A stretch of DNA of 64,000 nucleotides from an uncultured candidate division Zixibacteria bacterium (lineage in GTDB: Bacteria > Zixibacteria > MSB-5A5 > GN15 > FEB-12), in NCBI GenBank assembly GCA_963806185.1, contig CAWDXE010000007.1, forward strand, positions 896,001 to 960,000, given 5' to 3'. Both the position numbers and the translations under genes were made by a program. Below the pieces are notes generated by a model, which ran no database searches, was not told the DNA's origin, and saw only the letters and a program-made list of their open reading frames with translations. Each line of letters begins with the position of its first letter. The first letter of the stretch is position 1. Shown piece after piece: positions 11,610 through 20,658 of this stretch.

Positions 11610-11640
11610 TGGGTTCCAGACCAACGGTCCGGAGTGACAA
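11610..11640 (-). repeat. REP-like palindrome (GTCA-type)
   Basis: Minus strand TTGTCAC-TCCGGACC-GTT-GGTCTGGA-ACCCA; same TTGTCA+hairpin layout as the elements at 20533-20634. Confidence 0.5.
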
Positions 11641-11654
11641 ATGACGCGACTCGA

Positions 11655-11912
11655 TTAGACGAGAAAGGTGATGATCAGGGACATCCAGATCAGGGCGGTG
11701 GCGAGGAAACCGGGGGTGCGGCCGTTGCCGACCAGCAAGGCAAAAGCGGAAAAGAGCAGACCGATGCCCAGTTTGGCGGTCACACGAGTAATCGGCTGAT
11801 AATGGAAAGCGTCGGCTAACAGAATGGCGCCACCAATCAAGGCGGCGGAATAGAGCAGCCACCAAGGTTGCGGCGGCGCGGCGGCTCCTCCCTTACTCTT
11901 ATCATTCCCCAT
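11655..11912 (-). CDS. Small membrane protein of unknown function (85 aa, about 3 TM)
   Basis: Hydrophobic segments WWLLYSAALIGGAILLA, LGIGLLFSAFALLV and FLATALIWMSLIITFLV; start overlaps the amidase 3' end; AGGAG SD upstream. Confidence 0.7.
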   Translation of the reverse strand: MGNDKSKGGAAAPPQPWWLLYSAALIGGAILLADAFHYQPITRVTAKLGIGLLFSAFALLVGNGRTPGFLATALIWMSLIITFLV

Positions 11913-13806
11913 TGTTGAACTCCTTGAGGAACTGTTCAATACCGCGAGTGATGGCTTTCGCGATATCCTCGCGAAACTTCTTGTCCTTGAGCATGGCTTC
12001 CTGCTCAGGAATTATCATGAAGGCGCATTCGACAAGCACGGCGGGGTATTGAGTCGGTCGGGCAACCGCCAGATTGCCGTAATACAGGCCGTGGTCGGTC
12101 AATTTGGAGGCCCCGACCATTTCGGTATGAATGGCGCGCGCCAGTTTGATCGAGTGGGGATGGTAGTAATAGGCCGAGGTACCGTTGTTCAACCAGGGAT
12201 TGACACCATCAGGAAGAGCGTTGTTGTGGACCGAGACGAAGAGATCGGCACCGGCAAGTTTGGCAATGACCGGGCGCTGATTGAGTGGAATGTCGGCGGA
12301 ATCGGACCGGGTCATGATGACGGTGGCACCGTGATGGCGGAGGATGTCGGCCAGTTCGAGAGCAATGGCAAGATTCGCCTGAGCCTCGGTATAGCCGGTA
12401 GGGCCGACCGATCCGGGATCGGCCGAGTGGCCGGGGTCGACGACGATCCTCTTCCCTTTCAGGTCGGCCACGTCTTTGGGTGGCTTGATGAGCGACAGAT
12501 AGAACGTGGTGCCGTCGTAATACGTGTCGTAACCCCAAATATCCTGTGAGGTCTCCACACTGAACTCGTAGACCCCTTCATCGGGCTGCTGCCAGGTGGC
12601 CAGGGTGACGAGCGGGTCGGTGGCGTCGTAGCGAATCCAGTCGGTGTTTGAGATCACACCGAAGAGTTGGAGGCGCAGTTTGCGCGGGGAATCCTCGAAT
12701 ACACGGAACGGATGGCGGCCAGCCAGAGGGAACTGGATGTCGACAGCGGAGTCGGAGCCAAACATACGAATCGAGGTTAGTATCGATCGTGGCGGCAGAA
12801 TTCCGAACGGCAGACGTTCGCAGGAGACACTATTGACCCAGGCGCACTGATTGGGCGCGACCCGGAGGTGCCACCAGTCGGCCTCAGCGCCGACGACCAA
12901 AGCCTCTACCCCGCTCGGTTGGGCAATCGCGTAGTAACCGCGCATGGGACCGTAGCGAAGTATTTGCACCGAATCATTCAGTCGGACCGTGAAGGGGAAA
13001 CCGGGCGGATTGACACTCACCCGATAGCCGGTCTCCCGGGTGATCGGTGTCGGGGCAGGCTTGGGCGTGACGAAAGCGGCGTGAAGTTTGCCGCCCGTAG
13101 TGTCAGGGGGTTTGGCGAGATGGTAGATGATGCGCGCCGTGTCGATCTTGTCGGCGTCTTTGATCTCATAGTAGCCGGTGTAAAGGCCGCGAATGAGCAG
13201 TGAATCGGGGACGGCGCCTTTCCCGAAGACACTTTCGCCCCAGAACGGTTGCTGGCGCGGATCGGCCTCGGCCATGGGGATGGAATCTATCAATCCAGTG
13301 ATCGAAAACCAGGCGACATTTGAAGGAGCGCCGCGAAAGCGAACTTCGAGGAGATCGTCGCGACTGAGAACAAGATCGCCGCGCGGCGGCATATAGTCAC
13401 CAAGGATAACGAGCGAGTCGGGATTGAGGGTCGGGCTTGGTTCGGGAACTTTGATCCAGAGGGAATCGACCGCAACGAGCTCGGAGTCGTGTCTGGCGGT
13501 ACCGGCGGGCAGAATCGGCTTATAGAGAGTGTAGTAGAAGGTAAAATCGCCCGGCTTGAGCGGCAGGAAGGCAAGCCAGCCTCCCCCATTCTCGATCGAT
13601 ACAGCTGTGCCGTTGATATACAGGTGAAGGTCGTTGGGGTGGAAACCCTTCGGTGGTATGACGTGGCCGAGCACGAAGGTGGAATCGACGGCGGCGATGG
13701 CTTGTCCCGATTTCGGGTAGATAGTAACGATATCTGCCTTATTCTGCGCGAGGAGGGTCGAGCAGAACAATGTGATGGCAAGAGAGACAAACGACGCTTT
13801 ACCCAA
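11902..13806 (-). CDS. N-acetylmuramoyl-L-alanine amidase (Amidase_3) with a long N-terminal region; probable TTG start at 13806
   Basis: C-terminal VVDPGH..TEAQANL..VSVHNN..VLVECAF; signal-peptide-like FVSLAITLFCSTLLA. Confidence 0.88.
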   Translation of the reverse strand: MGKASFVSLAITLFCSTLLAQNKADIVTIYPKSGQAIAAVDSTFVLGHVIPPKGFHPNDLHLYINGTAVSIENGGGWLAFLPLKPGDFTFYYTLYKPILPAGTARHDSELVAVDSLWIKVPEPSPTLNPDSLVILGDYMPPRGDLVLSRDDLLEVRFRGAPSNVAWFSITGLIDSIPMAEADPRQQPFWGESVFGKGAVPDSLLIRGLYTGYYEIKDADKIDTARIIYHLAKPPDTTGGKLHAAFVTPKPAPTPITRETGYRVSVNPPGFPFTVRLNDSVQILRYGPMRGYYAIAQPSGVEALVVGAEADWWHLRVAPNQCAWVNSVSCERLPFGILPPRSILTSIRMFGSDSAVDIQFPLAGRHPFRVFEDSPRKLRLQLFGVISNTDWIRYDATDPLVTLATWQQPDEGVYEFSVETSQDIWGYDTYYDGTTFYLSLIKPPKDVADLKGKRIVVDPGHSADPGSVGPTGYTEAQANLAIALELADILRHHGATVIMTRSDSADIPLNQRPVIAKLAGADLFVSVHNNALPDGVNPWLNNGTSAYYYHPHSIKLARAIHTEMVGASKLTDHGLYYGNLAVARPTQYPAVLVECAFMIIPEQEAMLKDKKFREDIAKAITRGIEQFLKEFNNGE

Positions 13807-14830
13807 GAATATATTTCTCCAGCAGATCGCGTTTGAGAAGCGGGCCGCCGATGATTTCGCGGTCGACATCGATGTTTTCCCGATCGTAGTTGATGCCCTG
13901 CGCGATGTCATCGGCAAGCAACTGCGGACCATCGAGATCGAAATAGTCGGCGAGCGACGACATGTAGACGGACTGGGCGATGCCTACGGATGATTCGACC
14001 ATGCAGCCGAGCATGATTTTTTTCTTATCTTTGCGGGCTTCGTCGGCAATGCGAATTGCCTCGAGGATGCCGCCGCTCTTTTCCATTTTGATGTTGATGC
14101 CGTCGACGTATTGGCGGAAGAGCTTGTAATCTTCGAGCGTGTTCATGCCTTCATCGATCACCAGCTCAACTTCCTCGTTCTTCGCTTTGAGGTGCGGCCA
14201 GTCGGCGATGTGATCGGGCGTGGTCGGTTGTTCGATGATGCGAATCCCTTCCTTGTTCAAGTAGAAGATCATCTCCTCGGCCTTCTCCGGCGACCAACCG
14301 CCGTTGGCGTCGACGCGGATTTCCTTTCCCTTGATGTCTTTGAGGGCGGCGAGGAGGGCTGTGTCTTCCTCGTTACCCATTTTCACCTTGATGATCGGGT
14401 AGTTGGATTCGGTGATCGCTTTCACCATTTCGTCAGGATGGGCAATGGCGACGGTGAAAGAACTTTTGATACCGACCGGCACGCCGAGAGACAGAATTTC
14501 CCACGGATAGCGGTGGGTCTCGCCGGAAATGTAGTTGAGCACCATGCCGATCAGCGCGGATCGTGCGATTGGGTTGAGCGGCAGTTTGTTGATCAGGTCA
14601 AGCGTGTGACTGTCGATCGAAGTCTGTTTCTCCAGGAACCGGGCGCCGGTGCGCAGGTCGGTTTCGATCTGCTCCAGGGTGGGGCCGTACTGGACGGAGG
14701 CGGCTGCCTCGCCGCTATAGCGGTTGTTGAGCACGGCCAACATATTGGTTTTTACGTCAGCTTGGCCTTTGGCCACGACGAACTTCTTCTTGAGGGGGAT
14801 GCTGATCTTGACGGTGTCGATGTGTATCAT
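13799..14830 (-). CDS. Dipeptide (L-Ala-D/L-Glu) epimerase, enolase superfamily (YkfB/YcjG-like)
   Basis: Motifs KVK, VDANGGW, IEQP, IDE, NIKMEKSGG, GCMVES and DLDG. Confidence 0.88.
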   Translation of the reverse strand: MIHIDTVKISIPLKKKFVVAKGQADVKTNMLAVLNNRYSGEAAASVQYGPTLEQIETDLRTGARFLEKQTSIDSHTLDLINKLPLNPIARSALIGMVLNYISGETHRYPWEILSLGVPVGIKSSFTVAIAHPDEMVKAITESNYPIIKVKMGNEEDTALLAALKDIKGKEIRVDANGGWSPEKAEEMIFYLNKEGIRIIEQPTTPDHIADWPHLKAKNEEVELVIDEGMNTLEDYKLFRQYVDGINIKMEKSGGILEAIRIADEARKDKKKIMLGCMVESSVGIAQSVYMSSLADYFDLDGPQLLADDIAQGINYDRENIDVDREIIGGPLLKRDLLEKYILG

Positions 14831-15624
14831 AGGATGCGTCTCGCAAGGGCAAAATCGTGATCGAGGTCGGGGCGGTAGTCGTGATCTGTATCGCGGAGAG
14901 ATTGAATGCGGACTCCGGAGCTACCCATGGAGGAGTGGATAATGCGGTGGTTATCGAGGGCGAGGGCGACATGGCGCTTGAAGAAGAGCAGATCGCCGAC
15001 GCGAATCTGATCGCGGGGAATCTCCTGGCCGACGGTTATCTGGTCTTTGGTGTCGCGAGGGAGGTAAAATCCGAAACGCGAGAACAGGGTTCGCGTCATG
15101 CCGGAGCAGTCGGCGCCGGTGGTCGTGAGGCCGCCCCAGAGGTAGGGCACGCCGAGAAATTTCAGGGCTTCTTTCGCAACGGTGCGGCCGGACGGTTTAT
15201 GCCGGACCGGCAGGATCAGTTTGTCGACCTGGCTGCGGCGAAGATAGAATTCGGGAAGGTCGGGATAAGCGAGTTTGATGAAGCCCTGTGAAGAGGGTCT
15301 TCCCTTGACGATTGTGCCGTAGAAAAGCTGGTGCGGTGGAACGGTGCTCTTGCCCGCTTTGTCGACAAGCTTCACGGAGGGAACGGTGACGACGTAGGTA
15401 CTCTGACGATGGAGCAGTTGTTCGTCGCCGATCGACAGTGCGCGGAGGAAGCGCAGGTCGGCCCAGCCGGCGTAGCCATCGGTCTGGCGAACATGGGAGA
15501 AACCATTTTGCGTCTCCCCTACTTCCAGGGATTCGGCGAAAAACAGCTGGCTGGCCCGTTCGGAGTTGAATTTGGGTTCGGTCCAGAGATCCAGGAGATT
15601 GGTCGTCACGTACGCTTTTTCCAT
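14827..15624 (-). CDS. SH3b + NlpC/P60 gamma-D-glutamyl endopeptidase (YkfC-like)
   Basis: N-terminal SQLFFAE..DGYAGW; catalytic region GVPYLWGG..GADCSG..LPRD..GDLLFF..HVAL..IIHS. Confidence 0.88.
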   Translation of the reverse strand: MEKAYVTTNLLDLWTEPKFNSERASQLFFAESLEVGETQNGFSHVRQTDGYAGWADLRFLRALSIGDEQLLHRQSTYVVTVPSVKLVDKAGKSTVPPHQLFYGTIVKGRPSSQGFIKLAYPDLPEFYLRRSQVDKLILPVRHKPSGRTVAKEALKFLGVPYLWGGLTTTGADCSGMTRTLFSRFGFYLPRDTKDQITVGQEIPRDQIRVGDLLFFKRHVALALDNHRIIHSSMGSSGVRIQSLRDTDHDYRPDLDHDFALARRIL

Positions 15625-15699
15625 GGCGAAAGCAAAGTAGGCAGCCGATCTCGGCAATCAACTAAAATCGGCTGCCCACAGGACGTGACTGAGACAGAA

Positions 15700-16878
15700 T
15701 CAGACGTGTTTCACAGCGGCCAGTTGGCGTTTGATCCGGGCGAGACCCTCACGAATGTTCTCGACCGAATTGGCGTACGAAAAGCGGATATACCCTTCGC
15801 CGTATTCGCCGAACGCTGTTCCGGCCAGACAGGCGACGCCGACTTCTTCGAGCATCATTTCCTCAAATTCTTTCGAGGTGAGACCGGTGCCGGTGATGTT
15901 CGGGAAGACATAGAACGCGCCGTGCGGCCGTTTGCAGGTGATGCCTTCGATCTGATTGAGGCCATCGACAATGACATCACGGCGACGGTGGAATTCGGCC
16001 ACCATCTTGTCGATGTCGGATTGCGGACCCTTAAGGGCTTCGATCAGGGCATACTGAGAGAAGGTGGCGGTCGACGAGAAGTTGTTGATCGCCAGGGTGA
16101 ACATATATTCGGCCAGTTTTTTCGGCATGACGCCGAAGCCGAGGCGCCAGCCGGTCATGGCGTAGGTTTTGGACATGCCGTCGAGAATGATCGTACGCTC
16201 CATCGCACCGGGGACGGAGCCGACCGACTGGAAGTCGACATCGTAGATGATGCGGGAGTAGATTTCGTCCGAGAGAATCCAGAGGTCATGCTTTTTGGCG
16301 ATCGCGTAGACCGCCTCGAGATCGTATTGGGTCAGGATGCCGCCGGTGGGATTCTGAGGTGAGTTCAGGATGATCATGCGACTGCGGGGGGTGACGGCGA
16401 CCTCAAGATCTTTGATGAGGAAGCGGAAGTCGTTTTCTTCGCGCAGACGAATCGGCACCGGTTTGGCACCGAAGAAGGTGCTGAGACTGCGATAGGGCGG
16501 ATAGCCGGGATTCGGCACGATGACCTCGTCGCCGGGATTTATCAGCGCGATCATGCTGCAGAAGATGACCGGTTTTGCGCCCGGCAAGATGATGCAGTGT
16601 TCGGGGCCGACGTTGATGTTGCGCGTCTTGCTGACGTATTCAGCCACGACTTTGCGGGCCTCCATGATACCGCCGGATGGGGCGTAATGGGTCTGACCGT
16701 CGTGGATGGCCTTGATGGCGGCCTCGCTGATGTTTTTGGGCGTATCGAAATCCGGTTCGCCAATCTGAAGATGAATGACATGTTTGCCTTCGGCTTCCAT
16801 TTGCTTCGCTTTCGCGAGAACGACAAAGGCGCCTTCAGATTCCATGTGCATGAGACGTTCGTTGTATTGCATTACCAT
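15700..16878 (-). CDS. PLP-dependent class I/II aminotransferase (aspartate aminotransferase-like)
   Basis: Motifs IGEPDF, NSPQNPTG, SDEIY and SKTYAMTGWRLG; GAGG SD before the ATG at 16878. Confidence 0.92.
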   Translation of the reverse strand: MVMQYNERLMHMESEGAFVVLAKAKQMEAEGKHVIHLQIGEPDFDTPKNISEAAIKAIHDGQTHYAPSGGIMEARKVVAEYVSKTRNINVGPEHCIILPGAKPVIFCSMIALINPGDEVIVPNPGYPPYRSLSTFFGAKPVPIRLREENDFRFLIKDLEVAVTPRSRMIILNSPQNPTGGILTQYDLEAVYAIAKKHDLWILSDEIYSRIIYDVDFQSVGSVPGAMERTIILDGMSKTYAMTGWRLGFGVMPKKLAEYMFTLAINNFSSTATFSQYALIEALKGPQSDIDKMVAEFHRRRDVIVDGLNQIEGITCKRPHGAFYVFPNITGTGLTSKEFEEMMLEEVGVACLAGTAFGEYGEGYIRFSYANSVENIREGLARIKRQLAAVKHV

Positions 16879-16906
16879 AACCTCTATTTCACCAATGCCA
16901 GAAGGT

Positions 16907-18901
16907 CTACTCCCTTTGTGCGATATGTTCTGCTGAGACACCGAATTTTCGAATCAGTTGCCAGGGTTGGCCGGACTCGCCGAAGCGATCATTGACGCCG
17001 ATCATAGCCAGGGGTACCCGCCGACCGTCGAGTTCGCGAGCCGTACAAATAACACCGGCAACCTGATTGCCCAGACCGCCGACCTGATGTTCTTCGGCGG
17101 TGATCACGGCGCCTGTTTCTTTCGCGGCGCGGATAATAGCCGCCTTGTCGAGCGGCTTGACGGTGTGCATGTTGATCACGCGGGTTTCGACTCCAAATTC
17201 GATTTTGAGAATATACGCAGAGCGGAGTGCTTCCGCCAGTTCCGGCCCGCAGGCAATGATGGACAGTGCTTCATTTTCGTCGGTATAGTCGGCGGTACGG
17301 CAAATGTCGAAGGCGTCGACAAAGAGAGTGGTTTCGCGGCGAAACCGATAGATATTCGCCAGGCCAAAATGGAAGGGGGTGTCGGGCTTGGTCACAAGCG
17401 GAGTGGCTTCACGGGCAAAGCGAAGATATTTCGGCCCATTGATATCGAACAGCATGGCCCGGGTCATTTTCTCGGTTTCGATCGAGTCGCAGGGAACGCC
17501 GACGTGCATGTTGGGCAGCCCGCACATCTGAAAGAGTGACTCCAGTTCCTGATGGGTGGCGCCGTCGGGACCGACCGAAATGCCACCGTGAGCACCGGCG
17601 ATAAAGACGTTCAGGTTCGCATAGCAGACGGATACGCGAATCTGGTCGAGATTGCGGGCTGAGGCAAAGACGCCGTAAGTGCCAAAGACCGGCAGTTTGC
17701 CTTCTTTGGCGAGGCCGGCGGCGATCGTGGTCGCATTTTGTTCGGCAATGCCGATCGAAATAAAGCGGTGTTTGCGCTCAGGATGGTCTTTGTAGAAATC
17801 GGCTATGGCAATCGATTCGGAGATGTCGGCGCCGAGGCAGACGACGCGGTTATCGTTACCGTATTTATTCAGGGCACGGCCAAACCCTTTACGGGTTGGG
17901 TCCATTTCCGCGCGCATTGAATCGCCGCTATTCCACCAGTAATTGCGGGAGAATTTGGGCAGTGCGGTGGCCAGGTCGGCCTCTACCTTATGCTGGTATT
18001 TCTTGCCGTGCTCAAGCAGGAGGTCGGGAGTGAATTGGCTCTCGACGTGGAGATCGGAAAGGCATTGATCGAGTTGTTCGCGATTGGGAGGTTTGCCGTG
18101 CCACCCGACAACGTCTTCCATAAAGGAGACGCCTCGCCCCTTATGCGTGTGGCAGATGAGGGCGACGGGGCGTTCCATGTTATTGCTGTTACGCGTCCAG
18201 TCGAGCTTGGCGACGATATCGGACATGTTGTGGCCGTTGACATCGATCACATGCCAGCCGAAGGCGCGGTATTTTTCATCGAGCGGGTCGATGTTCATGA
18301 CCTCGCTGGTCGGGCCGTCGATCTGGAGGCGGTTTTTGTCAATAATCAGGATCAGGTTGTCGAGGCCGTGGTGAGCAGCGGCCATGGCGGCCTCCCAGAC
18401 TGAGCCCTCCTGCTGCTCGCCGTCGGTGGAGATGACAAAGGTGCGGTAGTCTTTTTGATCGAGTTTGGCGGCAAGGGCGATGCCGACGGCGACGGAGAAG
18501 CCTTGACCAAGGGAGCCGGACGAAATCTCGACACCCGGGAGGTCACGCCAGTGCGGGTGCCCTTGAAGGGGTGAGCCGAGCATGCGAAGTGTCATCAACT
18601 CTTTCTCATGAAAGTAGCCGGAGACTGCCAGAGATGTGTAAAGGGCCGGGGCTTTGTGACCGGCGGACCAGACAATTCGATCGCGGTTGGCCCAGAAGGG
18701 ATCGCGCGGGTCGTGGCGAGCAATTTTCAGGTATAGGGCAGCGCAGATGTCCATGATGCCGAGGGTACCGCCGGAGTGACCGGAACCGGCCGAGCAGAGG
18801 GCGATCTGGTTAAGGCCTCGCATGTAGGCGGCCCGCTCAATGAGTTCGTCGATGGAATAATCGCGGACGATTTGGTTAGTGAGCGAGTCGACGAGGGGCA
18901 T
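16907..18901 (-). CDS. tkt: Transketolase (N- and C-terminal halves in one polypeptide)
   Basis: Motifs GSGHSGG, SAGHKAP, LQGHP, GSLGQG, TPP motif TDGEQQEG..N, GIAEQN, DGATHQ and EEHQ. Confidence 0.9.
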   Translation of the reverse strand: MPLVDSLTNQIVRDYSIDELIERAAYMRGLNQIALCSAGSGHSGGTLGIMDICAALYLKIARHDPRDPFWANRDRIVWSAGHKAPALYTSLAVSGYFHEKELMTLRMLGSPLQGHPHWRDLPGVEISSGSLGQGFSVAVGIALAAKLDQKDYRTFVISTDGEQQEGSVWEAAMAAAHHGLDNLILIIDKNRLQIDGPTSEVMNIDPLDEKYRAFGWHVIDVNGHNMSDIVAKLDWTRNSNNMERPVALICHTHKGRGVSFMEDVVGWHGKPPNREQLDQCLSDLHVESQFTPDLLLEHGKKYQHKVEADLATALPKFSRNYWWNSGDSMRAEMDPTRKGFGRALNKYGNDNRVVCLGADISESIAIADFYKDHPERKHRFISIGIAEQNATTIAAGLAKEGKLPVFGTYGVFASARNLDQIRVSVCYANLNVFIAGAHGGISVGPDGATHQELESLFQMCGLPNMHVGVPCDSIETEKMTRAMLFDINGPKYLRFAREATPLVTKPDTPFHFGLANIYRFRRETTLFVDAFDICRTADYTDENEALSIIACGPELAEALRSAYILKIEFGVETRVINMHTVKPLDKAAIIRAAKETGAVITAEEHQVGGLGNQVAGVICTARELDGRRVPLAMIGVNDRFGESGQPWQLIRKFGVSAEHIAQRE

Positions 18902-18924
18902 GGCTACCTTTCATAACAGGCCGC

Positions 18925-18953
18925 AATGTGCTAAAAAGAGAGCGGACTGTCAA
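18925..18953 (-). promoter_or_regulatory. Putative promoter of transketolase
   Basis: TTGACA-N17-CACATT on the minus strand, overlapping the coaE stop codon; AAAGGT SD downstream. Confidence 0.5.
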
Positions 18954-19543
18954 TCAGGGAGTGCAATCCGTCGTTGCCAGAGCAGTTTAACTTGCTGTCG
19001 TAACTTATTGATATCATTGTTGTTGACGATAGTCGCATCGGAGCGACGGCGATATTCGGCGAGCGGCAACTGACGGCGCTGGCGCGAGCGAACGGCAGCC
19101 GGGGAGATGCCTCGAGCAGCCATCCGGCGAAGGCGGAGGGCCTGGGGGGCATCGACCAAGATCACCAGGTCAACCTCGCGGTCCATTTGCCAGTCCAGCA
19201 AAAGCGCAGCGTCGATCACCACGATCCGGTGTCTCTTCTGCTCAGTTTTGGCCTGACGGCGGAGTTCTTTAAGGAGATAAGGGTGAACCAGAACATTCAG
19301 AGCGGCGTGAGTCGATTCGGATTCGAAGGCACGTTCGGCGAGGAGAGATCGGTTCAAGCGACCGCGACTATCGAGAATATCGGCTCCAAACCTGCGAGCC
19401 AACTTACGGCGGAGCGGGGCGGACTGGTTGACGACGTCACGGCCGATCTGGTCGGCATCGATGATGTGCGCGCCGCGTTTGCGAAGCATGCCGGCGACGG
19501 TGCTCTTCCCCGCGCCGATTTGTCCAGTGAGGCCGATGAGCAT
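18950..19543 (-). CDS. coaE: Dephospho-CoA kinase
   Basis: Motifs IGLTGQIGAGKST, IDAD, VHP and DAALL. Confidence 0.95.
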   Translation of the reverse strand: MLIGLTGQIGAGKSTVAGMLRKRGAHIIDADQIGRDVVNQSAPLRRKLARRFGADILDSRGRLNRSLLAERAFESESTHAALNVLVHPYLLKELRRQAKTEQKRHRIVVIDAALLLDWQMDREVDLVILVDAPQALRLRRMAARGISPAAVRSRQRRQLPLAEYRRRSDATIVNNNDINKLRQQVKLLWQRRIALPD

Positions 19544-19549
19544 AACACG

Positions 19550-19578
19550 AAGCTACACCTGCGGCGGGCTGGTAGCAA
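19550..19578 (-). promoter_or_regulatory. Putative leaderless promoter of coaE
   Basis: TTGCTA-N17-TAGCTT-N6-ATG with no SD. Confidence 0.55.
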
Positions 19579-19599
19579 GGATGAAACGAGACAGTCAAT

Positions 19600-20241
19600 C
19601 TACAGGGCGATGCGGAGGCTGAGCGCGATCGAGGTTGGGTTATAGTATTTCTGACTGATCTCGTAAATTGAACCGAAGGGCCGTCCGGGCGGATACGGCG
19701 AGAGAGGGTCAACGATGTATATTACATCGCTATGGTTGATGAGGTGGTTTAGCGACATTTCCAAGCCATAGCGCCCCACGAGGTTGATCACCACACCGCC
19801 GGCCAGCTCAATCCCGCTTTCACCGTGACTGCGGTGCAGATTTTCCCCCACGGTTCCGGTGTATTGCGAGGTATTCCATTTGAATTCGCCGAAGGGAGCG
19901 ACGCGCGCATGAGTCTCCTGCAGACGAATGCCGCCGGACAGCGACAGGATGTGGAGCTTCTGGGCTGTGTATACGTCGCTGGTAGTATTGCTGGAAGGCG
20001 CGTACTCAAGATCGCCGACGAGCGCGAACGGACCAAGAAGAGACCAGCGAAGGCCGAGGTGAGGCGAAGGGGATTGGTCGATGTACCTCTCTTCGTCAAC
20101 GCGATAGTTTATCCCCACGACTAAATGCCAATTATCGGAGCTGGACTGTACGCGCGAAGATTCATAGCTGGTGTCCCAATCGTCACCCGCAAAACATGTG
20201 GTTGAGAATAGGAGCACGATTGTGGCGAAAAGATATCGCAT
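19600..20241 (-). CDS. Small outer-membrane beta-barrel-like protein
   Basis: Signal peptide, alternating hydrophobic strands, C-terminal IALSLRIAL and AGGAGG SD. Family not identified. Confidence 0.6.
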   Translation of the reverse strand: MRYLFATIVLLFSTTCFAGDDWDTSYESSRVQSSSDNWHLVVGINYRVDEERYIDQSPSPHLGLRWSLLGPFALVGDLEYAPSSNTTSDVYTAQKLHILSLSGGIRLQETHARVAPFGEFKWNTSQYTGTVGENLHRSHGESGIELAGGVVINLVGRYGLEMSLNHLINHSDVIYIVDPLSPYPPGRPFGSIYEISQKYYNPTSIALSLRIAL

Positions 20242-20394
20242 GAGATTTTCCTCCTACTACGAGGAAATGACGGGTCAACAAGGGAATCGTGCAAGAGGTT
20301 TTTTGCGGAGGCGAATTGTCCGGTGGGCGGAGGCGAGTCGCCCTTTGAGGGGGCTCGGAGTGTCGCATTGCAGCATCCGAAGGGAATATGAAGA

Positions 20395-20634
20395 CCGTCA
20401 GGTCACACGACGCTAAGAAGCGTCGCAGGACCTGACGGAACCTGCACCGTCAGGCGCGGGGCCTCATGGCATGAGAATCTGACCGAAGAAACGCTCGGCG
20501 CACGAGACGTACGCCGCGCAGAAGAAAACTGAGAGATCGCCACGGCTCGAAGCGAGCCTCGCGATGACAATGAATTCATCGAAAGTGCGGTGGACACTGA
20601 GGTCCTGAATCATAAGAATGATTCAGGATGACAA
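20395..20634. repeat. Cluster of four REP-like palindromes downstream of polA
   Basis: CCGTCAGGTC..GACCTGACGG (20395-20438); GTCAG..CTCATG/CATGAG..CTGAC (about 20447-20483); GAGATCGC..GGCTCG/CGAGCC..GCGATGACAA (20533-20570); TCCTGAATCAT/ATGATTCAGGA-TGACAA (20599-20634). Confidence 0.65.
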
Positions 20635-20658
20635 TTTGGTTGGCGTGATACGAAATGA

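Noticed and set aside
20395..20634. CRISPR array or tRNA in the polA downstream region
   Set aside because: The hairpins are not identical direct repeats with regular spacers, there are no cas genes, and there is no cloverleaf or T-loop consensus.
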